Notes: a model not told the origin generated them from the sequence alone. A DNA stretch of 64,000 bases from Octopus vulgaris (GCA_951406725.2 OX597833.1:52390001-52454000); one strand, 5' to 3'. Counted from the first letter of the stretch, positions 14,180-28,417 are shown. Program-made: numbers and translations.

Positions 14180-14265
14180 TTGTGGTTTGCAGAGGTCTGT
14201 TACATTCGACCACAAATCTTTCTCTGTCGTCCACGTCGAGGTTTGACCCTGGTCCGTCATGTAGC
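14180..14265 (-). mobile_element. Short 3'-terminal LINE-like fragment; second copy at 18318-18404
   Basis: Two ~85 bp near-identical copies encoding [17 protein letters not shown]; clade uncertain (I-group-like). Confidence 0.5.
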
Positions 14266-14337
14266 ATTACGTCAGGCGTGTTTACGTTTCTGCCAGCTCA
14301 CAACCTTAATTTGAAATCAATATTATTTGTATGGAAA

Positions 14338-14485
14338 AGCGGTGAATTAGCAGAATTTTTAGCACGCCGGACAAAATGCTCAGAAGTATTTCGTCCTCAG
14401 TTCAAATTTTACCGAGATCGAATTTGCCTTTCATCCTTTCGGGTCGATAAAATACGCGACAGTTGAGCATTAGTTGGTGTGATCA
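14338..14485 (+). mobile_element. SINE family C, degenerate
   Basis: Conserved core ttgcctttcatcctttcgggtcgataaa. Confidence 0.75.
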
Positions 14486-14930
14486 ACTGTCCCTCTGGTG
14501 ACATAATTTCAGGCTCCCTTCCCTCCGCATTGCTGGCCAAGATTTGAAATCAATATTATATATATATATATATGTATACGTTCGATAAGTAAGTATTCGT
14601 ATGTTGTATGTATATATATGTGTATTTATGTTACCTTCTGAGTATATTCCACTGAGGAGGCAAAGCATTTCTTATGCAGAGCCAGTAATTCGGGATCTGG
14701 AATTATCCAGTAATTTTTTGCTAGTTCTATTTTGTCTTTTTGTCTTCTCTCCTTGTGCTGTATGAATATTTAAGGTGGTTTTAGAGTCAGATTCTGGCTG
14801 CTATTTTCAGCATGGCGGTATCTCGTAGATACTCTAAATTATAATTTTAATAATTATTACTTTTGAAGGTTTTTATTTCCATGCTGGCCACTTGATAGGA
14901 TCGTTATTTAATTTAAATTAATGATCTTAT

Positions 14931-15250
<320 letters not shown>

Positions 15251-15623
15251 TCACAGCGACGCATGCGCCTGCACAGCCACGCCTGCACAGTTGCACCTGC
15301 GTATAATTTGTGTGTATATACATGCACATACAATTACATCTATATACACATTCAACTCAAAAGAAAATAGATAGCCCTCATTATATCGCTTAATCTATCT
15401 GGATACCACTCATTAGCGTGATGCTCAAACAGTTTAGTTAATTAAAAATGCCCATGGTCTGTCTAATAAAAACTAAATTAAGTATTTAAATGCATCAAAT
15501 GATATTAATTTGTTTTAAAAAAATTACATTATTTTGTTTCAAAATACGGTGTCTGTTTACTTCCGAGATGTTCGTGGTTCGTGCGTGCGTACGTACGTGC
15601 GAACATGCGCGTATGTGTGTGTC

Positions 15624-15692
<69 letters not shown>

Positions 15693-16145
15693 GTGCTTAA
15701 ACAGCTAGATATAAATATAGAATCAAATGACGTGATCGAGAGAATCTCAATATACTTTTCTACTGTAGGCGCAAGGCCCGAATTTTTAGGGAACAGAGCC
15801 AGTCGATTAGATCCACCCCAGTACGCAACTGTTGCTTAATTTATCGACCCGGAAAGGATGAAAGGCAATGCCGAAGAGAATCCCAATATAGAAAACCCTT
15901 TGCAGCGCTCAAATGATTTATACTTACACATTGATATATTTGCCGAAGACCAAGTCAGCAAGATAAAGAATGGGTATAAGTTGAATCCAAGTATGCAGAT
16001 ATAGAGACAACATTTCAAATAAACAGATGAAACTTCCTTTTTGTATTTGGTTTGCAAGATTCTGTATGTGAATTGATGTGTTGAAGGACATTTTGTGTCT
16101 AGGGAGAATCTTCATGCCAATATATATATATATATATATATATAT

Positions 16146-16540
16146 ACTAGCAGTATCGCCCGGCGTTGCTCGAGTTTGTAAGGGAAATAACTATATTAAC
16201 ATTTTTAGAGAGTTATAGCAAAAAAATAGCAAAAAAATGCATAAAAAATGGGAAAAAAATGATGGTAAATTTTTTTTTAAATCGTTGACTCATCGTAGAC
16301 ATTTTTAGAGAGTTACTTCCCTTTAAAAAAATATGCATGAAAATGGAAAAAAAAGGATGGTAAATTATTTTAAAATCGTAGACTCATCGTAGACAAGCGC
16401 TAATACCCAGACGGGCTCGATATGAATCACGACTATAAGATACCCGGTTTTGGTTAAACTGCACCGCAAAATGTGGGAGTAGTTAGGAATCTAAATCGAA
16501 GGGGACAGACACTCACACATCTACAGTTTTATATATATAA
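16146..16540. mobile_element. Helitron/Helentron-like non-autonomous element
   Basis: Terminus actagcagtatcgcccggcgttgctcg (hairpin plus CTAG on the minus strand), internal ~100-bp duplication, opposite end gacagacac..ttttatatatata. Confidence 0.6.
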
Positions 16541-16590
<50 letters not shown>

Positions 16591-16756
16591 TTCAGAATTT
16601 GTGTAAATATTTATAGGAAAATATAATTAGTTGAATAAAGTTACAACATTGTCTAGGTTTCACGTTTTTCATTATTTTATTTTTTAAAAAGCCATTTTTA
16701 CAATATTGTAGTGTGTTAAACATTAAGAAAATTATTTAGAAATGTTCCTAAATTTC

Positions 16757-16794
16757 AGTTAGCGCTTTCATACGTTCGTAGTAATCATCAGATT
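16757..16794 (-). ncRNA. Minimal hammerhead-like motif (weak stem I)
   Basis: Minus strand: aat-CTGATGA-ttactacgaacgtat-GAAAgcgcTA-act; palindromic stem III agcgct. Confidence 0.5.
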
Positions 16795-17291
16795 TCAAAA
16801 TCTGTTGACTGACAGTTGAGCTGAGTTCTTGACAGCTGTAGCAAAATGACTGGATTTTCCTTTTTATACCTTTTAGAAAGCTTCGACAAGTTGAATTTTT
16901 GAATACGGTTTTGACCAACCAGCATACAGCTTAAACGTCATGGTTTGTCGGGCTCACCTATATTACTGGCGTAGACCCCACCTTTATTTTAACCAGTTAG
17001 CTTGCAGTATACATGTGATGGTTTTATGTGGGGACCATGCATGTGAGTTTGGAAGAAAGATAAAAGAAAAAGGTTCTATTAAATTGTGTCAAACCTGTTC
17101 TGAACGGAAATAACAACAATAATACAATAACCAGTTAATGATGTGGATTAAGAAATACCTATAACATATGAATATAAACAAATTACATAAGTCTCCCACC
17201 GATTGAAACACAAAACGAACGAAACCAACTACGTTTGCTCATTCATAAAACCATTACATGTAAACCATACGAAATCTATGCCAGTAATATT

Positions 17292-17545
17292 TCGTTTTTG
17301 GGATTTGGTTTGCAAGATTCTTTATATGAGTTCGTGTGTTGAAGCATATTCTGTTGTGTCTGGGGAGAGTCAATTTTTTTTTTGTGCCTTATAATGTAAC
17401 ACACTCACCAGTAAAATTTCCACTTTTTTCTTATTTTTATTTTCCTAAAATTTTCGTTGCGTCTTGCAACCTTTTCAATAGTCTTTCAAGACTTACATCA
17501 TAAGGCACAAAAAGAAAATGACTCTCCCCAGACACAACAGAATAC
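17292..17545. mobile_element. Inverted-repeat insertion with an internal hammerhead
   Basis: Arms ~17345-17399 and ~17493-17546; TSD gccagtaatatt at 17280-17291 and 17546-17557; left part also resembles 16045-16090. Confidence 0.7.
17445..17481 (-). ncRNA. Minimal type I hammerhead, U3-A8 variant core
   Basis: Minus strand: cta-TTGAAAA-g-gttgc-aagac-gcaac-GAAAatTT-tag. Confidence 0.65.
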
Positions 17546-18657
17546 GCCAGTAATATTGTCCGATTTTGTGTATAAGGCAGAGGTCGAACTTTGCCTTTCG
17601 GGTTCGATAAATTTCAGGCGTTGCGTCTATATTAGAAAGGATTGCTTGCTTTATTATTGAAACATATTTACCAGAACTGAAGCTGTTCATGAGTAGTAAA
17701 GGCATGTCACCAATGTGGTCGTGAACGATGACTTTGACAAACCGAGCTGCTACATCGATTCACAGAATGATCAAGCAAACAATCGATTTTTTAATTGGTG
17801 AAAGAGTTAAACAATTGACTAATAATAAAAATAAAAGAAGCGAAATAGAATCAGTGCGTGTGTTCCTTATTGGCAAGATGACCGTCCCGTGGTGCAATAA
17901 AAATGAGAACAATATAGTAATGAATATATATGAATGGAGGCGAGAGAGAGACATAGAGAAATTACAGAAGATTGGGCACAGATGTGAAGTTGGTGGAGAA
18001 AAGATGGGGAGGTAGACTAAAAACGAAAAGAAGACGAGAAAATGCGAAAGTTAAACGAAGCCTGAAGCTAAGAGGATAGAATTTAGAGGTGATTTACTTA
18101 AGGAGGAGAGCATTGAACAGTAACTATATGAGGAGTATATCTTGGGGGACATTAAAAGGAAACGATGAGAGCGAAAACATACGTGGTTTGCAGGATAGAA
18201 AAGAAATTTGAGCCTTAACATCATACATGAATGTATCTGTGTCTGTGTGAAACAATGTGTATGAGCGTGCGTATGAGCGTGCGTATGTGTGTGGTTTTGT
18301 GTGTGTGTGAGTGTGTGTGTGTGGTTTGCAGAGGTCTGTTACATTCGACCACAAATCTTTCTCTGTCGTCCACGTCGTGGTTTGACCCTCGTCCGTCAAG
18401 TAGCTAACTCAAGTGTTCATTTTTCGACTTCGTTGATCAACCATTTAAGTACTCCATGAATATTTTACAATAGCACTCAGCTCTGTTTTGTCGCCACTCA
18501 CTTGAGGCAAATTGCATATTACACGCTTCTTTCCTCCACCCCTTTTATTTTCTATCACTTCATACAGCCTGACTTTCTGTCTGTCTGTCTATCTATCTGC
18601 CCGTCTATCTGCCTGTCTGTCTGTCTCTCTCTCTCTCTTTCTTTCTCTCTCTTTCTT

Positions 18658-18770
<113 letters not shown>

Positions 18771-18825
18771 CTGTATGTGTGTGTGAGTGTATGTGTGAGT
18801 ATATATTTATATATACATATCTATC

Positions 18826-18956
<131 letters not shown>

Positions 18957-18989
18957 CGTATACACACACACACGTATATATACACATTA

Positions 18990-19167
18990 CTTGCTTGACA
19001 ACCGGTGTTGGCGTGTTAAGGCCCTCGTAATCTAGCGGTTCGGCCCAAACAACCGATAGAATAAATACCGTCCTTAAACAAAAAAATTAAGCCACGGATC
19101 GATTCTTCAAGGCTGTGCCCCAGCATGGTCGCAGCCTAATGACTGTAACAAGCGGAAAGATAAAAGA
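18990..19167 (+). mobile_element. SINE family B, 3' half, diverged
   Basis: gcttgacaaccg..tagcggttcggc..ccagcatgg. Confidence 0.75.
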
Positions 19168-19237
19168 TACCTACATACAGACACGCGTATAGATGCATAT
19201 ATGCACAAATATATGTGTGTGTAAGTGTGTGTACGTA

Positions 19238-19270
<33 letters not shown>

Positions 19271-19737
19271 CTGTTCTTTTCTCTAAATTTTCCCATCAAT
19301 CCAGATTCTCCTCCATATTTCAATTACACTTTCCACCTTTTCACTCCCATCTCCATATTTCTTCTGCTCATCAATTGTTAACTAAAATGGACGCTAATAC
19401 CATCTCTTTATGTTTCAACGTCTGTTCATCTCTCTCTCTCTCTGACTCTCTAGCTCTCCGCTCGCCCCCTCTCTCTTTCTCTGTCTATCAATCTTTCTAT
19501 TAATCTATCGTTTTCCTCTCTCTATGTCTGTATCCCTCTCCCTCTTTTCCCGCTACATATCAAGCAATATTTCTCTTCTATTCTTTCTTTCTTTCATTCT
19601 TTCATTCATTCTTTCTTTCTTTCTTTCTTTCTTTCTCAGTCTCGTCTAGCTTTATGTGTAAGTGTATACAGGGACATGAGTGCGTGAGCATATGATTATT
19701 GTTGTTGTTGTTCCGCTTTAGAAATTTATAGAGGATT

Positions 19738-20048
19738 CTTCTTATCTTCATCTTAATCCTTTTTGTCCCTTGTGTAGCATAGGGCCGGTTTCCCGGTTTC
19801 CTTGGCGTATAGGTTCCCCACCTGGACGGGACGCTGGTGCGTCGCAGGTGAACTTCAAACTGCAGGAGGAAAGAGTGAGAGAAAGTTGTGGCGAAAGAGT
19901 CAGCAGAAGTTCGCCTTTACCTTCTGCCGGAGAAGCGTGGAACTTAGGCGTTTCGCTCATAAACACATACATCACCCGGTCTGAGATTCGAACTCGCGAT
20001 CCCTCGACCGCGAATCCGCTGCTCTATCACTAGGCCATGTGCCTACAC
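19738..20048 (-). mobile_element. tRNA-derived SINE, family A (tail type 1)
   Basis: TSD ttatagaggatt at 19726-19737 and 20049-20060. Confidence 0.9.
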
Positions 20049-20060
20049 TTATAGAGGATT

Positions 20061-20830
20061 AGTGGCGGGGAAGTGCGACGACTCTGGGCACCAACGAGAA
20101 AGAACCGGCTAGTCTGTTCCGGAGGACTTTCCGGTCGGGAACTAGCATGGATAATTTCAGATCTCCTTGGCCTGGCAGTGCTACCGGGTGTGCTGTCAGA
20201 CAGACGTCCAGGGTGCGTGCAGAGTGATGAAACCGTTCTGTGTCGGGGTATTGCTCTGTCCGCGCATTACTGACTTATGGGGGCATGTTGAACAACTGTT
20301 GTTACGCGTGGAACGGGTCTGTCTATCGGCCCATTCTATAGTAATGATCGCACCGCCGCCCTCTTTCAATCGGGCAGGCAAAGCAGTTTTCCACCGCATG
20401 GTGGCGGTGGCGAAAAAGGTTGTTTGGTGGAAAGCCATGAGGACAGATACGTTTCTCTTTGGTCGAGCTCTCATTGACTTCTTCAAGATTCACTTGGAAA
20501 GAAAATTGAGAGTGGAGAAGGAAAAGCTGTCCTCGAGTGAGTTTATTGAAAGGTGGGTGAAAGTTGCGCAAATGGCGTGAGTGGATGGTACCTTTCTACG
20601 TGTAGACCTTTGAGTCGGAGAAAAGGGATTGGAGAGGACACTCGCTCCTAGGGTTTAAGGGAAATCTCGGACAATGGGGTTCCTCGATTATCCCCAGAGG
20701 CCTTCTTAGATCAGGAATGCCACATATCTATCATCCTCCCCGCCGGTTTTTTCGAGTTTTTATTTATTTTTGTGCAATGCATATGTTCCTTCTTTTTCAC
20801 TGTATGCCTGGTATACTTACAATTTTTTTA
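20061..20830 (+). pseudogene. Tx1/L1-like LINE ORF2 C-terminal relic plus 3' UTR
   Basis: Frameshifted Cys-knuckle CVQSDETV..CPRITDLWGHVEQLL..AVAKKVVWW..SSSEFIERW. Confidence 0.6.
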
Positions 20831-20849
20831 ATCATTTCGTTAATATATA

Positions 20850-21290
20850 GGCGCAGGAGTGGCTGTGTGGTAAGTAGCTTGCTAACCAACCACATGGTTC
20901 CGGGTTCAGTCCCACTGCGTGGCATCTTGAGCAAGTGTCTTCTGCTATAGCCCCGGGCCGACCAATGCCTTCTGAGTGGAGGATTTGGTAGACGGAAACT
21001 GAAAGAAGCCTGTCGTATATATATGTATATATATTCATGTGTGTGTATATGTTTATGTGTCTGTGAGTGTATATGTTTGTGTGTCTGTGTTTGTCCCCCT
21101 AGCATTGCTTGACAATCGATGCTGGTGTGTGTATGTCCCCGTCACTTAGCGGTTCGGCAAAAGAGACCGATAGAATAAGTACTACATAGGCTTACAAAGA
21201 ATAAGTCCCGGGGTCGATTTGCTCGACTAAAAGGCGGTGCTCCAGCATGGCCGCTGTCAAATGACTGAAACAAGTAAAAGAGTAAAAGAG
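20850..21290 (+). mobile_element. SINE family B, full length
   Basis: Head ggcgcaggagtggctgtgtggtaag; GTAAAAGA tail. Confidence 0.92.
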
Positions 21291-21391
21291 TATATGAAAA
21301 CTCCAACACTTCATGTATGTCTTTGTATTGTCCCACTCATCCTTCGCCTTTGTGGCAAATAAATTAAATTATTATTATTATTATTATTATT

Positions 21392-21784
21392 GAGTGAGAG
21401 AGCAGTTTATGCCATCAAAGTGACACTGGGGTAAAATATACGAAGCCCAATATACCCATCATGACTACCCGTCTGATAAAGGTACACCAGGCACATGCAT
21501 CACAACCATATGTGCGCGACATGGTGATCTCATATCAAGATAAACAGCACATGACCTTGCAGGTGGGCCCAGTTAGAATTTTCTTCAGGTTGAGTAGCCC
21601 ATCCCGCTCAAACGGTCCCTGAATAAGGGTTGTTTAAGGATGTTGAAAGAACCACCCATGTTTCCAGAGGTGAACTATTCAAACCCTAAAGAATCCCTCT
21701 CAACACATGGCTATGATGCTCCCCCACTACTTCTGCTCGTGATCAGAGATGCTCATATTGTCAGCCACCAAGGGACATGCTCAA
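21392..21784 (-). mobile_element. (TAA)n-associated element D, truncated
   Basis: Near-identical to 21811, 38052, 44000 and 49170; flanked by (TTA)n. Confidence 0.88.
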
Positions 21785-21810
21785 TTATTATTATTATTAT
21801 TATTATTATT

Positions 21811-22271
21811 GAGTGAGAGAGCAGTTCATGCCATCAAAGTGACACTGGGGTAAAATATACGAAGCCCAGTATACCCATCATGACTACCCGTCTGATAAAG
21901 GTACACCAGGCACATGCATCACAACCATATGTGCGCGACATGGTGATCTCATATCATGATAAACAGCACATGACCTTGCAGGTGGGGCCCAATTAGAATT
22001 TTCTTCAGGTTGAGTAGCCCATCCCGCTCAAACGGTCCCTGAATAAGGGTTGTTTAAGGATGTTGAAAGAACCACCCATGTTTCCAGAGGTGAACTATTC
22101 AAACCCTAAAGAATCCCTCTCAACACATGGCTATGATGCTCCCCCACTACTTCTGCTCGTGATCAGAGATGCACATATCGTCAGCCACTAAGGGACATGC
22201 TCAACTGGTTAAGGTCAAACAACTGACAAGCAAATCTGTGGTATTGAGCAGAATATTTGCTGTAGCCCATC

Positions 22272-22275
<4 letters not shown>
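21811..22275 (-). mobile_element. (TAA)n-associated element D, truncated, in tandem with the previous copy
   Basis: Same end gagtgagagagcag after (TTA)n. Confidence 0.88.
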
Positions 22276-22331
<56 letters not shown>

Positions 22332-22629
22332 GGCGGCGAGCTGGCAGAATCGTTAGCACGCCGGGCGAAATGCTTTGCAGTATTTCGTCTGACGCTGCGT
22401 TCTGAGTTCAAATTCCGCCGAGGTAGACTTTGCCTTTCATCCTTTCGGGGTCGATAAATTAAGTACCAGTTACGCACTGGCGTCGATATAATCGACTTAA
22501 TCCGTCTGTCTGTCCTTGTTTGTCCCCTCTTTTTTTACCTCCGTGTGGGTAGTAAAGAAATGGGTATTTTGTTTGCCGCTACGTTCTGAATTCAGATTCC
22601 ACCGAGGTCGACTTTGCCTTTCATCCTTT
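22332..22629 (+). mobile_element. SINE family C with a partial tandem repeat
   Basis: ggcggcgagctggcagaa head, gagttcaaattcc B-box-like motif, core gcctttcatcctttcggggtcgataaa (recalled as MetaSINE-like). Confidence 0.88.
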
Positions 22630-23191
22630 ATATGTGTGTGTATGTGCAAATATATGTGTGTGTATGTGTACATATATGCATACACACACACACGCATGTG
22701 TATATATACATACAGAGAGAAAGAGAGACGCAAAGAGAAGGTTTTCTCTCTCTACCACTCATTGATAACGATATTCATTACTCACTTTTTAACATCCACC
22801 ACATCACAAACAGCGCCTCTTCCCTGCATGCTTTCCTCCATTCTCTCTTTCTTTCTCTCTCTCTCTCTCTTCCCCCTCCCTCTCTCACTCATTCTGTACC
22901 TCAAGTTTTTTTTTCTCCTTCTACCAATAGCTTCATACCTCCGTTTCCACAGCCTTTTGTTGCATCGTTTGGTCTTCCTCTTCGTACGGTGTTGTCGTGT
23001 CTTTTGTTATAAGCAAGAAAAAAAAACCCAGAAAAAAAAACCCAGTAAAAATAGGAGGGAAAAAAAGCAATCCTATTCGTTGTAGTGTATTATAAAATTA
23101 TTGTTCACGATTTTGTTGTTGCTGTCCTCTTAACAGTATTCACCATTGTTAATAAAGAGCCTCAGGTTTTTCTGTTCATTTCATGCGCTTC

Positions 23192-23192
<1 letters not shown>

Positions 23193-23263
<71 letters not shown>

Positions 23264-23277
23264 TATTATTGTTATTA

Positions 23278-23308
<31 letters not shown>

Positions 23309-23322
23309 TATTGTTATTATCA

Positions 23323-23392
<70 letters not shown>

Positions 23393-23427
23393 CATCATCA
23401 TTATTATTATTATTATTCTTCTTCTTC

Positions 23428-23459
<32 letters not shown>

Positions 23460-23512
23460 GTTATTATTGTTATTATTACAGTTGTTGTTGTTATTTTTGT
23501 TTTTGTCATTAT
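23193..23512 (+). repeat. Long (TTA)n/(TCA)n microsatellite
   Basis: Direct repeat. Confidence 0.97.
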
Positions 23513-23816
23513 TATAGTCTCTTTCTATACATTTTCTGTTCGTTTAAATTGTAGTTGGCGTTGTTTCATTATCCTGCTCGTGAAAAGGACGTTTTAAGAA
23601 TGGTTTTTCTTTCTGTCGTGCGATTGACGCACTGGATGTTTCACACGTAGTTACCTCCCGTTTATTCAGGTACACACATGGACACACACGCGCGCATGCA
23701 CAGACGCTCGCGCGCGGGCATATGCACTGATAGAGAAAGAAAGCGAAAGAAAAAGAGGGAGAGAGAGAGTTAGTTATCTAACAGAGATGAATATAGGTGT
23801 ATCTCTCTCTCTTTCC

Positions 23817-23889
<73 letters not shown>

Positions 23890-23913
23890 TATATACATAT
23901 ATATATATACATA

Positions 23914-23951
<38 letters not shown>

Positions 23952-23969
23952 CATACATATGCATATGTA

Positions 23970-24026
<57 letters not shown>

Positions 24027-24027
24027 A

Positions 24028-24063
<36 letters not shown>

Positions 24064-24286
24064 TGTATGTATGTATGTATGTATGTATATCTATTTATAT
24101 AAATACAGTGTACATTCAAACACATAAGAGGTATCCGTCATAGGATTCCTTGCACGCTAGGATACATTTTATATGTTTTAAATGTACACTGTATATAAAG
24201 TCTATTGACTAATTTTTTACACGCTAGGCCACTGGTAGTAGAAATTTCTAAAAATTCTTTATTAACGTGATATTAATTATCTATTG

Positions 24287-24321
<35 letters not shown>

Positions 24322-24355
24322 TGTATGTATGTATGTATGTATGTATGTATATATG

Positions 24356-24401
<46 letters not shown>

Positions 24402-24404
<3 letters not shown>

Positions 24405-25185
24405 CCCCCACCCTATTTGGCATCTTCTTTGTAGTCATGCAGAAACATGCATTTGGGACATTAGCTGATGGTGTTTACCTCGACTCTAGGTGAAGGGGCA
24501 AAGTGTTTAGTCTGTCGAGGCTGAAAGCCCAAACCAAGGTGCGCCAGGTACTCGTCAGAGAAATGGCGTTCGCAGACGATGCAGCACTGACGGCTCACTC
24601 TGAAGACCAAATGCAGCACCTCGTGGACAAACTCCCAAATGACTGTTAATAATTCAGCCTGATTATCAGTCTGATGAAGACCCAAGTAATGGGTCAATAT
24701 TTCAAGCACGCACCCACGGTCACCATCACCATCAACAAATACAAGCTGGAGGTAGTCCATCTATTCACCTATCTCGGCTCTACCATCGCTGATGACCTCT
24801 CCCAAGAACCTGAGATCAATAGGCGGATCGGACAAACATCCTCCACATTTGCCAGGCTCATAAAAAGAGTCTTGGAAAACAAAAAAAAAAACGGCTGCAA
24901 ACAACAAAATCGTTTATAAGTCGTGCGTCCATAGCACGCTATTTTACGGCAGTGAGATGTGGAGCCTCTGCTCTAAACAGGAGCGGCGTCTCAACGTCTT
25001 TCACTTTTGCAATTAAAGATGCATCTAGGACATCAAGTGGACTGCCCATATCACCAACACCGAAGTCCTCGACCGAGTCAAGCTACCCAGCATACACAGC
25101 TTGCTCCAGCAGCGTCATTTGCGCTGGCTCGTTCATGCTCATCGCAAGCCAGACGGAACGATCCCAAAAGATCTCCCGCATGGTC
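24402..25185 (+). pseudogene. RTE-clade LINE reverse transcriptase relic (C-terminal half)
   Basis: [53 protein letters not shown], with stops and frameshifts. Confidence 0.88.
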
Positions 25186-26120
25186 TCTAGTGGGATGCCA
25201 TTCAAGCCCGGTGCATTTCCAGTTGAAAAGCCATCAATGGCTCTGCTCAGTCCTTCTATAGTTGGTAGTGCTTCCAGCTCCTCCATGACAACTAGGTGCA
25301 CTACGGTGTCTAGCTCACTGTCCGAGATGGGTTTTTATTTCTTTGGCTTAGAATAATGTTCTACCCGTCTCTCCAGCTGTTCTCTTTTGTCCTTGACAAC
25401 TTCCCCTGTTCTGGATTTGAGTGGAGCTATCTTGCTCTGGATTGGGCCGATGGATTTCTTCATACCCACATACATTCCACGAATGTTGCCTGTGTCAAAT
25501 GACAGTTGGATATCTGCACATAGTTGTAACCAGTAGTCATTTGCACACCGTCTCACTTTCTTCTGCATGCTGTTCCTTGCTGATCGCAATGCTTTCAGGG
25601 TAGCACGATTCTCCTCCATGAAGGTATTCAGTTCTTTCACATTCGCCTCAAACCTGTCATGTGTCATTTTCCTCCTCCTCCCAAAGGACCTTAGTGCAGT
25701 GCTATGGGTGGTGTCTCTGATAGAGTCCCATCACTGCTGAATATTGCCTTCTGGTAAGGTCTGCCAGAAGGGCGTTTACCAGTGTCTACGGGAATGTATC
25801 TGTTGTTGGGTTGCGGTATTACTGGGGGGGGGGGGGTAATTTTGGGTTGGAGTTTGAGATTACTGCAAACCAGGGATTGGTCTCTGTCGCAGTTAGCGCT
25901 CTGAAAGATCGTATCAGGAGAACATTCCTCAGGTAGTTATATATTGTGATAATAAAATCTAGCTGATATCGCTAAGAGACCCTGTGATGAGCTTTGGCCT
26001 GGAAGTAGGTGTTGCTGACACAGTCCATGGAACACGCAGAGCTCAAGTCCATGTTTGGTTGATGTCACCGACCCCGTACTGACCCAGAAACCCCGGCTGG
26101 TAGTCGTGATCAGCTCCTGC
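25186..26120 (-). pseudogene. RTE-clade LINE relic (endonuclease end to pre-RT linker)
   Basis: VRRCANDYWLQLC..GNIRGMY..APLKSRTGEV..QLERRVEHY; GNAPGLNGIP. Confidence 0.85.
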
Positions 26121-26171
26121 TCTAGCGATGAAGAAGCCTTCTAGATGGCAGCTTCAACAACAGAGTGGGAG

Positions 26172-26370
26172 CTTCTACGTGAACCGTTGGCGATTTTCTT
26201 CCTCCGTCTTCCCTTCCTTTGCACTTTCCTCTATTTCTGAAGAGGAGCTTAGCTCGAAACGTTAAATCCTCTTTCCTTCCTTTCTTGAGTGTCTGATAGA
26301 TAACATAGTACTTGTACAACCTCATCGCGTTATTTTTTCCTTTTCTTGTTTGTTCGTTGTTTGGATTCAC
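26172..26370 (+). mobile_element. ~200-bp hammerhead-bearing element ending in (TA)n
   Basis: Homologous to the reverse complement of 28513-28719. Confidence 0.75.
26233..26267 (+). ncRNA. Minimal type I hammerhead ribozyme, canonical core
   Basis: attt-CTGAAGA-g-gagc-tta-gctc-GAAAcgTT-aaat; palindromic stem III; predicted cleavage after 26263. Confidence 0.8.
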
Positions 26371-26726
26371 TATATATATATATATAGATGGATAGATATA
26401 CATACAAACATACAGACATATATGCATACATGTATACATATATATATATATATATACATATATACATACATATATCGCTGAGTGTTAGTGTAGAGTAATT
26501 GAAAAAGCATACTCACACTAAATGCACACCCATATATATTTTTACAATTACATATATATATATAAATATACAAGATAAGAAAATGGAGAAATACATCTAA
26601 ATGAAATATCAATTACGAGCTAATACTCAATCACATACTTTATTAAACCACCACATAAGAGACTGTAGGGTTAAACTGGATATATTTTATCCCATGGAGG
26701 GTTGCATTTACAACCCCTATCTCAAT

Positions 26727-26757
<31 letters not shown>

Positions 26758-26897
26758 TTTATATATTATATTTTATTTATCTAATATATATATATATATA
26801 CACATACAAATATATCTTTGTACATACGCACTCAGAGTTATAAAATAATCACAAGTTGACACACATTTGATTTTGAGTGCGTATATTGCGCGTATGA

Positions 26898-26960
<63 letters not shown>

Positions 26961-27699
26961 TGTGCGTGCGTGTACGTGTGTGTGTGTGTACGTGTGTTAT
27001 GTAGAATGTCGTATAAGGGTGTAAGCTGTCTACATCCTGCTAATGAAAGGAAGGCGAAGAGTTCAAAATCTGTGAAACAGATCAGATTGGAGGAAAAATT
27101 TTTAGTTGGGTGGAGTTTTCTAATGTTGATCTTTGACCACAATCACTTTCTCGGTGCCTTTGTTTGTTTGTTTCTTCTGGTTTTCGTTGTTGTTGTTGTT
27201 GCTGTTGTTTTTGTTGTTGTTCTAAAGGAATAACAAACATGATGTCAATAACATTCAAAACATCAATTTAAAATGCTAAATAAAAAAATAAAAAGTAAAT
27301 ATAAAATAAATAAATACAAAAAATCCCTATTGACAGCAGCGGAGAATACAATAATAATAAATTCAATGCAGGCCATTTCACAGATGTGTGAATTGGCGGG
27401 AAAAAAGAAATATGGCTGCGATGGTGTCAGTAGCGGTGGCGGTGGCGACGGCGCTGACAGTAGTGGTGGTGGTGGTGGTGGTGGTTGTGGTGGTGGTGGT
27501 AGTGGTGGTGAGACAAAATACTTGATCGGCTTGATAATGGTTTTGATTGAATGAGGATATCAATATATTGTTGTTATTATTGTTGTTGATGTTGATGTTG
27601 GTGGTGATTGTGGATAGATGTCATTCATGATGGTCGTTAGATGGAGGTCAGCGTGTGTGTGTGTGTGTGTGTGGTGAGGAGTCATGGCGATGATGAGGC

Positions 27700-28020
27700 T
27701 AATTGCGATGGTGGTGGTGGTGGTGATATTGGATGATGATGATGATGAAGACGACGACGACGATGACGACGATGATGATGATGATGACGATTATGATAGC
27801 AATGATGGTGATGGTGATACTAATGATGGTGGTTGTACTGAGAGTGAAATTTTGTGAATGATGATATACGACGACGACGACGATGATGATGATGATGATG
27901 ATGATGATGACGACGATTATGATGACCATGATGATGATGATGATGATGACGATTATGATGATGATGATGATGAAAGTGGTGGTGGTGGTGGTGGTGGTGA
28001 TGGTGATGATAATGATGTGG
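27700..28020 (+). repeat. (GAT)n/(GGT)n compound microsatellite
   Basis: Direct repeat. Confidence 0.92.
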
Positions 28021-28200
28021 TAGGGAATGCATTGTATTATGTTAGTGCTGTTGTTGTTGACGTTAACGCGGTTCTACCCGCAAACTTTCTAATGGCTGAG
28101 GGTGGGGGAAACCGGGTGACAAACTGATCTGCGCACAACAAATACTATTGCCATGAAAAAACAACAAACACCACCTAATTATTTATGAATTACACATGTA

Positions 28201-28417
28201 CGAGGGGGTGCTGAAAAGTTCCTGGCTTTAAGGGTATCATGAAAGGTCTAGATGGAGGCCCAATCTACCCAGTTCTTTTACAGAGCCTAGAAAAACTGAA
28301 GGACAGCTGCTATAAAGTCTGTGAATCTGAGAGGGGAATATGGTTGGTAAAATCATAATTGACTGATCCTCCTGTATTCATCTTTACTCAAAGCCAGGAA
28401 CTTTTCAACACCCCTCG
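28201..28417. mobile_element. Mariner-type MITE
   Basis: TIR cgagggggtgctgaaaagttcctggcttt / aaagccaggaacttttcaacacccctcg; TA on both sides. Confidence 0.88.
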
